A stretch of 32,981 nucleotides of DNA from Prevotella sp. UBA6387. GTDB lineage: Bacteria > Bacteroidota > Bacteroidia > Bacteroidales > Bacteroidaceae. Below the pieces are notes generated by a model. That model made no database searches. It saw only the letters and a list, made by a program, of their open reading frames with translations, and was not told where the DNA came from. The stretch's first letter is position 1, and every line of letters begins with the position of its first letter. The DNA lies in assembly GCA_002437565.1 (NCBI GenBank), contig DJQL01000117.1, positions 1 to 32,981 on the forward strand. The letters run 5' to 3'. A program made the translations under genes and the position numbers. Positions 16,470 through 25,765 of the stretch are shown one piece after another.

Positions 16470-17426
16470 ATGTCAATAAAAGATTTGTTCACTATAGATG
16501 AAAGACCACGCAAGGGCCTTTTGGCACTTGAATGGGTGATACTCGCTTATGCGCTTATCACACTGTTGGTGGTTTTGTTTTGTCTTACAAAAGTAGACAA
16601 TCCAGGCGCAATGGTGTGGGGGAGAATGCGTGTGGTGGCAATCACTATGGGATTGTGGGCCGTATATCGGTTTATGCCATGCAAAATGACCACATTTTTA
16701 AGGGTGGCCATTCAGATGGTCTTGTTGGGATGGTGGTATCAGGACACTTGCGACATCAACTCGTTGTTTCCCAATCTTGACCATATTTTCGCGTCATGGG
16801 ATCAAACTATATTTGGTTTCCAGCCGGCGCTCGTGTTCTCTCAGAGATTTGCGCAGCCAGTATTGAGTGAAATTCTCGAACTATCGTATGTGTCTTATTA
16901 TCCAATGATTATCGTGGTGTGCTTCTTCTATTTCTTTGCGAGAAACAAGGAGTTTGAGAAGTGCTGTTTCATAATATTGGGCACGTTTTTCACCTATTTC
17001 CTAATATTCGACTTCATACCAGTGGCTGGCCCCATGTATTATTATCCAGCCATTGGAATGGACAATGTGGTTAAGGGCATATTTCCTGTAGTAGGAGACA
17101 GAATGGCCGGACAATGGCATATCATGAAGCCGCCAGGGTGGACAGACGGGTTGGGCTATCAGCTCATAGCAGACGTGCATGAGGGGGAGCGCCCCACGGG
17201 AGCGTTTCCAAGTTCACACATAGGCATTGCCTTGGTGAGCCTTTTTCTTGCCATACGCACGCGCAACAAGGCTCTTGTGTTCACGCTCTTTCCTTTCTGT
17301 ATAGGAATATTCTTTGCCACGGTTTATATACGCGCACACTATGCGGTAGACGCTTTCGCTGGACTTGTGAGCGGACTTGTTTTTTATGCTGTATGGGCTG
17401 GCATAGCAAAGTGGAAGGCCATTTAA
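16470..17426 (+). CDS. PAP2-family membrane phosphatase/phosphotransferase (Aur1/IPC-synthase-like)
   Basis: Multiple TM helices with PVAGP, AFPSSH and HYAVD motifs. Confidence 0.8.
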   Translation: MSIKDLFTIDERPRKGLLALEWVILAYALITLLVVLFCLTKVDNPGAMVWGRMRVVAITMGLWAVYRFMPCKMTTFLRVAIQMVLLGWWYQDTCDINSLFPNLDHIFASWDQTIFGFQPALVFSQRFAQPVLSEILELSYVSYYPMIIVVCFFYFFARNKEFEKCCFIILGTFFTYFLIFDFIPVAGPMYYYPAIGMDNVVKGIFPVVGDRMAGQWHIMKPPGWTDGLGYQLIADVHEGERPTGAFPSSHIGIALVSLFLAIRTRNKALVFTLFPFCIGIFFATVYIRAHYAVDAFAGLVSGLVFYAVWAGIAKWKAI

Positions 17427-17467
17427 CCACTGTAACACTTTTAAAATAATATAATAAAAAACGACTC

Positions 17468-18841
17468 ATGAAGAAATTATATATAGAGACTTACGGATGC
17501 CAAATGAACGTGGCCGACTCTGAGGTGGTGGCTTCGGTAATGAAGATGGCTGGCTATGAGCCTACCGACAACGAGGCTGAGGCTGATGCCATATTCCTCA
17601 ATACCTGTTCGGTAAGGGAAAACGCTGAGAACAAGATATATCAACGACTCGACCAGCTGTTCGCCGACAAGAAGAAAAAAGGCTTGAAGACTGTGCTTGG
17701 AGTGCTTGGATGCATGGCAGAGAGGGTTAGAAACGACCTTGTGGAAAACCACCACGCCAACATAGTGTGTGGCCCTGACGCTTACATGAGCTTGCCGGAG
17801 ATGATGGCGGCCGCTGAGCAAGGGTTGCCGGCCGTAGACGTGAAGCTATCCACCACGGAGACTTACCGCGACGTGTTGCCTACACGAATTGGTGGAAACC
17901 ACGTAAGTGGCTTCGTGAGCATAATGCGTGGCTGCAACAATTTTTGCCATTATTGCATCGTGCCTTACACTCGTGGCAGGGAACGATCGCGCGACGTGGA
18001 GAGCATCCTCGCCGAGGTGCGCGACTTGCGCGACCGTGGGTTCAAGGAGGTGACGCTGCTTGGGCAGAATGTCAACAGTTATGGTCTGCTGCCAAACGGC
18101 AAGCGTCCGGAGCATGGCATAATAATAGAGGAAGAGGGTGGCAAGGAACTCCATGTATGTTCTTTTGCCGAACTGCTGCGCAGGGTGGCTGAGGCCGTGC
18201 CGGATATGCGAGTGAGATTCACAACCAGCAACCCGGAAGACATGACGGAGGACATTCTCCATGCCATAGCTGATGAGCCAAACCTATGCAGCCACATACA
18301 TTTCCCGGCACAAAGCGGCAGCTCTAAGGTGCTGCGTGACATGAACAGGAAATACACTCGTGAGGAGTATCTTGAGAAGGTTGACGCAATTCGTCGCATT
18401 ATCCCGAATTGTGGACTTACAACAGACATATTCGTTGGCTATCACGACGAGACAGAGGACGACTTCCAGCAGACACTGTCCTTGATGAAGACCGTGAGGT
18501 TCGATTCTGCTTTCATGTTCAAGTACTCTGAGCGTCCTGGTACTTATGCCGCAAAGCATTTGCCAGACAACGTTAGCGAGGATGAGAAGATACGCCGTCT
18601 CAATGAACTGATACATCTCCAGACCCAAATATCGGCTGAGCGAAACAAGGAAGACGAGGGCAAGGAGTTTGACATCCTCATTGAGCGATTCTCAAAGCGC
18701 AGCCACGACCAACTCATGGGGCGCACGGAGCAAAATAAGGCCGTGGTCATACCTAAGGGAAGACACCATATTGGAGAAATAGTCAGGGTGAAAATTATTG
18801 GCAGTTCCTCAGCCACTCTCATGGGTGAGCCTCTGTGTTAA
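17468..18841 (+). CDS. miaB: tRNA 2-methylthio-N6-isopentenyladenosine synthase
   Basis: ETYGCQMN, NTCSVRE, CNNFCHYC radical-SAM motif, and a C-terminal TRAM domain. Confidence 0.96.
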   Translation: MKKLYIETYGCQMNVADSEVVASVMKMAGYEPTDNEAEADAIFLNTCSVRENAENKIYQRLDQLFADKKKKGLKTVLGVLGCMAERVRNDLVENHHANIVCGPDAYMSLPEMMAAAEQGLPAVDVKLSTTETYRDVLPTRIGGNHVSGFVSIMRGCNNFCHYCIVPYTRGRERSRDVESILAEVRDLRDRGFKEVTLLGQNVNSYGLLPNGKRPEHGIIIEEEGGKELHVCSFAELLRRVAEAVPDMRVRFTTSNPEDMTEDILHAIADEPNLCSHIHFPAQSGSSKVLRDMNRKYTREEYLEKVDAIRRIIPNCGLTTDIFVGYHDETEDDFQQTLSLMKTVRFDSAFMFKYSERPGTYAAKHLPDNVSEDEKIRRLNELIHLQTQISAERNKEDEGKEFDILIERFSKRSHDQLMGRTEQNKAVVIPKGRHHIGEIVRVKIIGSSSATLMGEPLC

Positions 18842-18907
18842 GTTTATTGGTGAGTCTTTTCCTGTATAGTAGTATGCCTTAGTTTTAAGAGTCCATTAGT
18901 ATAATAT

Positions 18908-20746
18908 ATGAAAGAATTCCTGCATGTCCTGCGGCGTTTTTTGCCACCATACAAGAAGTATTTAGCATTCTCGGTGTTCTTCAACGTGCTTTCCGCAGTG
19001 TTGAACATCTTCTCGTTTGCCGCGCTCATCCCTATCTTGCAAATTTTGTTTCAAGTGGATGGAGGATTGCGCGCCAACGACCTCATGCCATGGGCATTGG
19101 ACAAGGAGGTGCTGCAAAACAACATGTCCTACTATGTGCAGGAGTTGATTATAAGCACTTCGGCCACCACAACGCTGCTTATCATAGGACTTTTCCTTGC
19201 GTTTATGACATTTCTAAAGACGACGGCCTATTTCCTGTCGTCGGCCACGGTCATGCCTATACGCACAGGCGTGGTGAGGGACATACGCAACATGCTATAC
19301 AATAAGATCACGTTGCTGTCGCTGTCTTTCTTCAGCGAGGAGCGCAAAGGCGACATCATAGCCCGCATGAGCGGTGACGTGCAGGAGGTGGAGAACAGCA
19401 TCATGTCGTCGCTCGACATGCTGTTCAAAAACCCTATCTTGATAGTGGCTTATCTCGCCACACTTATCATAATATCGTGGCAGCTCACCATATTCACAAT
19501 AGTATTCGCGCCAGTATTCATTTGGTTCATGGGATTTGTTGGAAGAAAGCTCAAGGCAAGGAGCATACTCGCCCAGAGCCTTTGGAGCGACACCATGAGC
19601 CAAGTGGAGGAAACATTGGGTGGACTTCGCATTATAAAGGCGTTCAACGCTGAGAAAAAGATGAACGACAGGTTTGATAGGGTTAATTCAGCCTATCGCA
19701 ACCAGTTGCTGAAAGTGACAGTGAGGCAGCAGATGGCGCATCCAATGTCGGAATTTCTTGGCACGTTGATGATAATAGTGGTGCTGTGGTTCGGCGGAAT
19801 ACTTGTGCTCAACAAGTCGTTGCTTGACGGCCCAACGTTTATTTATTATCTTGTCATGCTTTACAGCATCATCAATCCTCTCAAGGATTTTTCCAGGGCA
19901 AGCTACAACATTCCCAAGGGTCTCGCCTCCATGGAGCGCATAGATAAGATACTGAATGCCGATATAGAAATCAAGGAAAGGAAAGATCCTGTGCACATCA
20001 AGTCATTTGACCATGAAATTGAGTTCAGGCATGTGTCATTTGCATATACAGATGTGCATACTGATGAACTTCAATATGTGTTGAAAGATATCAACCTTGT
20101 CATTCCAAAAGGCAAGACAGTGGCTCTTGTAGGGCAGAGTGGTGGTGGAAAGTCCACATTGCTCGACCTTATACCGCGATATTATGACGTGCAGGAAGGT
20201 GAGGTGCTAATAGATGGAGTCAACGTGAAAGACCTTGGCATACACGACTTGCGCTCGCTTATAGGCAACGTCAACCAAGAGGCCATACTCTTCAACGACA
20301 CCATCAAGAACAATATCAAGTTTGGTAAAGATGACGCGACAGATGACGAAATCATAGCCGCCGCGAAGATAGCAAACGCATACGATTTCATCATGGAGAC
20401 TGAGCACGGTTTCGACACCAACATCGGTGACCGTGGTGGTCGTCTGTCGGGCGGACAACGGCAGCGCATCAGCATTGCCCGTGCCATATTGAAGAATCCA
20501 CCCATCCTCATCCTCGACGAGGCTACGTCGGCTCTCGACACTGAGAGCGAGCGGCTGGTGCAAGACGCGCTATATCGCTTGATGAAGACACGCACAACAG
20601 TTGCAGTGGCTCATCGCCTGTCAACCATCAAGAACAGCGACGAGATTTGCGTCATACACGAGGGAAGGATAGTGGAGCGTGGCACCCACGACGAGCTCAT
20701 GGCAAAAGACGGCTATTACCATAAGCTACACGACATGCAGCAATGA
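18908..20746 (+). CDS. ABC exporter, fused permease/ATPase (MsbA-like)
   Basis: TM domain, Walker A GQSGGGKS, signature LSGGQRQR, and ILDEATSALD. Confidence 0.9.
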   Translation: MKEFLHVLRRFLPPYKKYLAFSVFFNVLSAVLNIFSFAALIPILQILFQVDGGLRANDLMPWALDKEVLQNNMSYYVQELIISTSATTTLLIIGLFLAFMTFLKTTAYFLSSATVMPIRTGVVRDIRNMLYNKITLLSLSFFSEERKGDIIARMSGDVQEVENSIMSSLDMLFKNPILIVAYLATLIIISWQLTIFTIVFAPVFIWFMGFVGRKLKARSILAQSLWSDTMSQVEETLGGLRIIKAFNAEKKMNDRFDRVNSAYRNQLLKVTVRQQMAHPMSEFLGTLMIIVVLWFGGILVLNKSLLDGPTFIYYLVMLYSIINPLKDFSRASYNIPKGLASMERIDKILNADIEIKERKDPVHIKSFDHEIEFRHVSFAYTDVHTDELQYVLKDINLVIPKGKTVALVGQSGGGKSTLLDLIPRYYDVQEGEVLIDGVNVKDLGIHDLRSLIGNVNQEAILFNDTIKNNIKFGKDDATDDEIIAAAKIANAYDFIMETEHGFDTNIGDRGGRLSGGQRQRISIARAILKNPPILILDEATSALDTESERLVQDALYRLMKTRTTVAVAHRLSTIKNSDEICVIHEGRIVERGTHDELMAKDGYYHKLHDMQQ

Positions 20747-20764
20747 TTTTGTTGCAGATATGTT

Positions 20765-20813
20765 TAATAGCAGCAACGGTTATGGCTCACTTGCCTAATC
20801 GTTGCTGCTATTA
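20765..20813. terminator. Hairpin between convergent ABC and RM-like genes
   Basis: TAATAGCAGCAACG ... CGTTGCTGCTATTA, abutting the RM gene stop codon. Confidence 0.65.
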
Positions 20814-23800
20814 TTATTTCATGGCCTGTACTTTCTCGTTTATAAACGATATTTCGGCAGACGACAGGGCATATTTCTTGTAAAGAAACTCGTCTATCTC
20901 ATCCACAGGCAGACTCCAGTCAATGTCCGATTTGTCGCTGAAGTCTTGCAGTGGCACATATTTCCATTTTTCTGGAGTGATGTCTTGTGTCGTCTTCAAT
21001 GCACCAAGAAGAGTCCTTGCAAACTTGGTAGAGACATACTTCATCAATGCCTTGGCTTCGTTTTCAGAGGCAAAGTTGCCTATGCTTATAAATGTTTCTG
21101 TATTTCCCACGTGTGGTGCACCAATGATTGGAGGTGTCAAGGTTTCGCCAAACGCTCCTGTGCCATTTGCCTTGGAAAGGAATATCTTATAGCCTTCCAG
21201 GTTTTTCACGGGATTGATGTAATCGAGTCTCACATATTTTAGAATTCTGTTGTTGTCTGTGCGCCCTAAGATTAGTACATAATCATAGCCGTCATTGGGC
21301 TTTTCATCAAAGAAGACCTGTGGAAGACGCTTGAAAATATTGGTTGACATATCGTATGGATGCCCATTGCTTAGTTGGCTGATTGCTTCTGGATGGTCTT
21401 CATGCATCTTATCCGTAAAGCGGTAGGCCGTTCGTGAAACAACAATGTCGCTCATAGACTTGAAATTCTGATTGTTCACCACAGCCTGTATGATTGCGTT
21501 CAGTTCGGGGTATGGTGTGAACAAGCCTATTGCGCCATTGTCTACTTCCGCGTCTCGCAGGCTGATGGCCACGCCGCCCTTTATGTCGGTATCATCAAAT
21601 AGTTTTTCGCTCTTGGCAAAATAATCGCAAATGTTCAAATGCTTGTCCTCCAGCATCTTCTTGTTCCAAGCCTTTGGTGTGCTGCCGGCGTTGGATAGAA
21701 ACCTTGCAGGATGAATCATCTCAACGACATCGCAAGCTGTGTAGGCACAATCCATAAAGAGGTTATAAATTGGGCCGTTATAAGTCTTCTGCTCTCCCAC
21801 GGCATTGTCTTGATATGGCGGATTGCCTATGATGATGTCGGTGTTCATGGCAAGAAGTTCTTTCATTGTCTTTTCTTTCTTTTTATCGTTCAACAAATCG
21901 TAAGAATTAAAATGTTCTATAACATTATTTACTGGCAGTCCCAACAGTTCATATACTTTACGTGTAAACTCGTAGGTAAGAGGTGATGTCGGGATGGAAT
22001 ATATAGTGTTTTTCACTTTATCTCCAAATGCCTTGAAGAGCGCGTTGGCAAATTCGCCTTGCTTAGCCGCGATGTCTAAGACCTTAGTGCCTTTTTTAAT
22101 TCTGTCGGCAGGCAAATATCTTACCATCTTATCGGCCACCCATGCTGGTGTTACCACTTCAGACGTAGAGAGCCTACCGAATTTTTTCATGGCTCTGTCC
22201 ACTCGCTCACCAGCTGGCACCGACTTGTCGTGCGACAATCTGTTCATGTGCGACACTTTGTAGTCTAAATCGCTCAACACGAAAGGGTTAATGACTTTTC
22301 GTATGGTCTGCAACACTTTCTTGTCTATGCCAACATTTCGTGCAATGCGCTTGTTTGCCTCGTTGGAATCAACAACCCTGAGTATGTCGTCGAGCGATGC
22401 TACCTTGCTATTGGTGAGGAAAGCGAAGAAGAGGATGAGCGAATAGTATGTTGACAGTTTCTTGTGTAAGTTGTCAACATCATTATTGTTGTCGCTCTTT
22501 TCCGTGCTTGTTGCCGCAGTGTCACTTTTGTCATCATCATCTTGTTCGGCATCAGTGTCAATGTCGTCACCATCGCCTTTGTATGCGGGCATCTTTATGC
22601 CCTTTTTTGAGTTGATGGGATACAATGTCTTCAAGGCATCAAGGACATCGCTTTCTGAGAGCAAGTTATCGTCAATAGGAATCTCCGTTGCTTCATCCAT
22701 AATACTCTTGCTGTTGGAATAGGCACTGACAGCTTCAAGGATATCATTTGGCTCCACTTGCCGCAACTTGTCCTTGTTCACGACTATTATAGGCGATATT
22801 CGCAATTCTTCGGCTATGCGCTCATTGAGTTTGCTGTTGCCTTTTTTGTCGGTGTTCACATTGTAAATCTGAGCCTTAGTCTCTTGCATCTTGAACATAC
22901 GCCCAGGCTCGAAATCTACAAGCAACGTTTGCGGCTTCATGTTGTATTTGATGACGTGGCCATTGCCGTCTTTGTACTCTTTTATGTATTGGTTTTGCAG
23001 ACGGAATATGGCTTGGTCGTATTCTTGTGGCGACGCGCTGTCTTTTAGGAATATCATGGTGTCCCATTGCCTTACAGTGGTTCCTGTCAGCATCCTGTTT
23101 ACCGTCAGCGTGATGGTCTTGACATTTCGGCTTTCACACTGCTCAATCTTGTCTTTCACATTTTGTATGCCCTTGAATATTTTGTCGTCGTCCACTCCGG
23201 CAATGTTCAGTATCTCATATTGTCCAAGACGCTTAAAGTCATTTCTGTGAGCCTTTATCAAAGATTCCATGGCATCGCATGAGGCACGGTAGGGTAGTAC
23301 TATAACGATGTGGCGGCATAGTTTTCCTGCTTTGATGCGACTGTCGTTGAGAAAGCTGAGAATGTTGCCGTCTTCTTTGCTGCCGTCTATTGCCATAAGC
23401 AAGTCGAGCACTTCTTGCCCATGAACGAACAGTTTGTGGAGTCCATTCTTGTTTTTCAAGATAGACTTAGGACGCAGCAACTCATTGAGGGCATACTCAA
23501 TGTTGCTTTTCTTCAGCTCTTTCATCTTTCGCATTGACGAATCGTTAAGGTTGAACGCAAACCGAATCATTTGCGGAAATCCATAGTAAGGGTTGTCCCA
23601 TTCGTCATCACCAAGATGGTCGGCGTCCCATTGTTCCTTGTCTTTTACAATATCCGAGAATTGGTAGAAGGCGATGATGTCGTCTTTTTCGAACTCACTA
23701 CCCATCAATATGCGGTATGGTGTGCCAGACAGATGTATCCGAACTCTTGACCGCAAGAGTTTAAGCTCTTCGCTCTTCTCATAATCATCTGATGTCTCAG

Positions 23801-24743
23801 CATACTTAGCCTCCGACTTTAGCTCGCTCTTGTTTCCCCTCAGCACTTTTCCATACTCTTCAGCTCGTGCGCCATAATGTGTCTCATCGATAAAGAGCAT
23901 ATCCCATTGCCGCGAGAAGACATCCTTGTGCCTTGTCTTGATGGAGTCGCCGCTTAGGTCTTGCAGTGTCAGGAAGACCACGGCACGGTGTCCGTTGTTT
24001 AGAGTGTCGTTTATGATGTCTTTATTTCTTCTTAAGCTGTCGGTGTCTATGAAATCAAATCCATCAAAGTTGTTGATGCTTTCAACAGTTCTCTTCCATT
24101 CGTCCTTTACATCTGCCTTTCCAGAAACAACAAGTATTGCCTTGTATTTTTTATTGGAAAGGGCGCAACAGAGTGAAGTGAAAGTCTTGCCAAAGCGCAT
24201 GACGGCATACATCAAGAGGTTTGTTCTGCCTTTCTTTACCGCCTTGGTGAAATTGGACACGGTTTCGGCTTGGTTGGGACGCAAGGCATAAGGCGTGTCA
24301 CCGCGCCGATAAGTGAATGTCATTGGTGTGGGTCTCTTGTCGAACGTATAGAATTGATACTTGCCTCGGCTCTTCTCGAAATCCAGTTTAATGTCCTTGA
24401 TGGCCTCTTCCAGGTCTTTGTTGGTGGCATGCTCAAAGAATTCTCTCGAATAGTAGGGCAGGTCTTTAATGTCCGTTGGCAGAAGGCGATGGAAATGCTT
24501 TTCATGCTCAAGGAAGTGATGCACTGCGAAATCACGATAATACACTTCATCACTTACTTTTGATATGGACGAATAGGCCTTTTCGAGGTCTGGAAAATAT
24601 TTGCGCCATTCTGCCAGTCGTTGATCCACAGGACGGTATGTGTCGCCCACTTTCAGGTAGTTTGGTACGGTGCCTGTGGTGAACGCGTATACTTGTGGCT
24701 CGACACGCCCTATGATATATTTGTCAAGAATGGTGCCATCCAT
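20814..24743 (-). CDS. Multi-domain restriction-modification protein: GIY-YIG-like nuclease, SF2 helicase/ATPase, Eco57I-like amino-methyltransferase and putative target-recognition domain
   Basis: N-terminal VYAFT...YLKVGDT.R.VDQRL, Walker A AVMRFGKT, Walker B DETH, LSGTPY, YDQAIFR, degenerate motif I VLDIAAKQGEF, motif IV IIGNPPY, and MIHPARF. Confidence 0.85.
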   Translation of the reverse strand: MDGTILDKYIIGRVEPQVYAFTTGTVPNYLKVGDTYRPVDQRLAEWRKYFPDLEKAYSSISKVSDEVYYRDFAVHHFLEHEKHFHRLLPTDIKDLPYYSREFFEHATNKDLEEAIKDIKLDFEKSRGKYQFYTFDKRPTPMTFTYRRGDTPYALRPNQAETVSNFTKAVKKGRTNLLMYAVMRFGKTFTSLCCALSNKKYKAILVVSGKADVKDEWKRTVESINNFDGFDFIDTDSLRRNKDIINDTLNNGHRAVVFLTLQDLSGDSIKTRHKDVFSRQWDMLFIDETHYGARAEEYGKVLRGNKSELKSEAKYAETSDDYEKSEELKLLRSRVRIHLSGTPYRILMGSEFEKDDIIAFYQFSDIVKDKEQWDADHLGDDEWDNPYYGFPQMIRFAFNLNDSSMRKMKELKKSNIEYALNELLRPKSILKNKNGLHKLFVHGQEVLDLLMAIDGSKEDGNILSFLNDSRIKAGKLCRHIVIVLPYRASCDAMESLIKAHRNDFKRLGQYEILNIAGVDDDKIFKGIQNVKDKIEQCESRNVKTITLTVNRMLTGTTVRQWDTMIFLKDSASPQEYDQAIFRLQNQYIKEYKDGNGHVIKYNMKPQTLLVDFEPGRMFKMQETKAQIYNVNTDKKGNSKLNERIAEELRISPIIVVNKDKLRQVEPNDILEAVSAYSNSKSIMDEATEIPIDDNLLSESDVLDALKTLYPINSKKGIKMPAYKGDGDDIDTDAEQDDDDKSDTAATSTEKSDNNNDVDNLHKKLSTYYSLILFFAFLTNSKVASLDDILRVVDSNEANKRIARNVGIDKKVLQTIRKVINPFVLSDLDYKVSHMNRLSHDKSVPAGERVDRAMKKFGRLSTSEVVTPAWVADKMVRYLPADRIKKGTKVLDIAAKQGEFANALFKAFGDKVKNTIYSIPTSPLTYEFTRKVYELLGLPVNNVIEHFNSYDLLNDKKKEKTMKELLAMNTDIIIGNPPYQDNAVGEQKTYNGPIYNLFMDCAYTACDVVEMIHPARFLSNAGSTPKAWNKKMLEDKHLNICDYFAKSEKLFDDTDIKGGVAISLRDAEVDNGAIGLFTPYPELNAIIQAVVNNQNFKSMSDIVVSRTAYRFTDKMHEDHPEAISQLSNGHPYDMSTNIFKRLPQVFFDEKPNDGYDYVLILGRTDNNRILKYVRLDYINPVKNLEGYKIFLSKANGTGAFGETLTPPIIGAPHVGNTETFISIGNFASENEAKALMKYVSTKFARTLLGALKTTQDITPEKWKYVPLQDFSDKSDIDWSLPVDEIDEFLYKKYALSSAEISFINEKVQAMK

Positions 24744-24745
24744 GC

Positions 24746-25744
24746 TTATTGCTTATTGTTTAATAGTAGATGATATGGATAAGTGTTGCCCGACTGGAAA
24801 GACTTTATCAGCACTGGTATGCCGTTGTGCATGTGTATGTTGTTGGCCTTGCATCCTGGACATGTTTTCCGCTCTTCCTCGCCATACAAGTTGTGGGTAA
24901 TCACATCGTGGCATGAGTTTGGCACTACGCATTTTAGACCATCCATCTGCCAGATGTTCCATGATATGATGTCGGCAATTTGCTTTAACAATTCGTGTGT
25001 GGGGCTCTCGCCGAACTTGTATTCATAGTTGTCGATGAAAGCGTAGAGCAGCGACTCGCGTGCCAACAACAGGTTGTCGCCTTGCCATTCATAGGCAAGG
25101 CAATTTTGGTATGCCATGACAGCACCTTTTATCCAATTGTCATGGTTGTCGTTGTTTTCGTTGACGACTCTGAGCTTGCGATCCAAAAATCCTATTCTGT
25201 CTTCCAAGCGTATGGCTTGGCCTGTTGTTGTGTCATATCTGCTGGTCATGAATGGAGCCTCGCCACATGTTATCTCCATCCAGCGCAATTTCACATAGTC
25301 TTTCCAGGTCTTGCCTTCTGGGAAAGCCACCTTGTCGTGGTTGGTCTCCCATGTCTTGCGGTCTTTGCCAATCTCGCGGTTAAACACGTCTCTTCGCCCG
25401 AAGAACCTTTCGTCAATGTTGTTGACCATAAAGTTGCACACCCATGAAGGTGTGAAGATTTCGGCCATTTTCTTTGTGCGTTTGCTTTGTATGACTTTCT
25501 TCTTCATCACGCGTGGCATGACGACATCAGCGTGCTCACCCGTGATACGCTCAGCCATTATCTCGTCGTTGTAAGCATATCCGTCACCCAATGGCTCATA
25601 GTCGTGGGTAGCCCAAAAAATATGATGCGTTTGACCGTCATTCTTGTATTGTGTCACAGAACGATCGATGAGCAAAATATTCAAGATGTCTATCCCGTAA
25701 TCTTCCGCCAAGTTGTTCTTTATTGTGTCAAACTCGTTTGCCAT
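24746..25744 (-). CDS. Methyltransferase N-terminal (SAM-binding) half, 'restriction endonuclease subunit M'-like
   Basis: AEIFTPSWV (motif X), EITCGEAPF (I), AYEWQ (II) and NIWQMDGL (III). No NPPY/DPPY. Ends in a Cys/His cluster. Confidence 0.75.
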   Translation of the reverse strand: MANEFDTIKNNLAEDYGIDILNILLIDRSVTQYKNDGQTHHIFWATHDYEPLGDGYAYNDEIMAERITGEHADVVMPRVMKKKVIQSKRTKKMAEIFTPSWVCNFMVNNIDERFFGRRDVFNREIGKDRKTWETNHDKVAFPEGKTWKDYVKLRWMEITCGEAPFMTSRYDTTTGQAIRLEDRIGFLDRKLRVVNENNDNHDNWIKGAVMAYQNCLAYEWQGDNLLLARESLLYAFIDNYEYKFGESPTHELLKQIADIISWNIWQMDGLKCVVPNSCHDVITHNLYGEEERKTCPGCKANNIHMHNGIPVLIKSFQSGNTYPYHLLLNNKQ

Positions 25745-25765
25745 TCAATCGTCAGATGATTTCTC

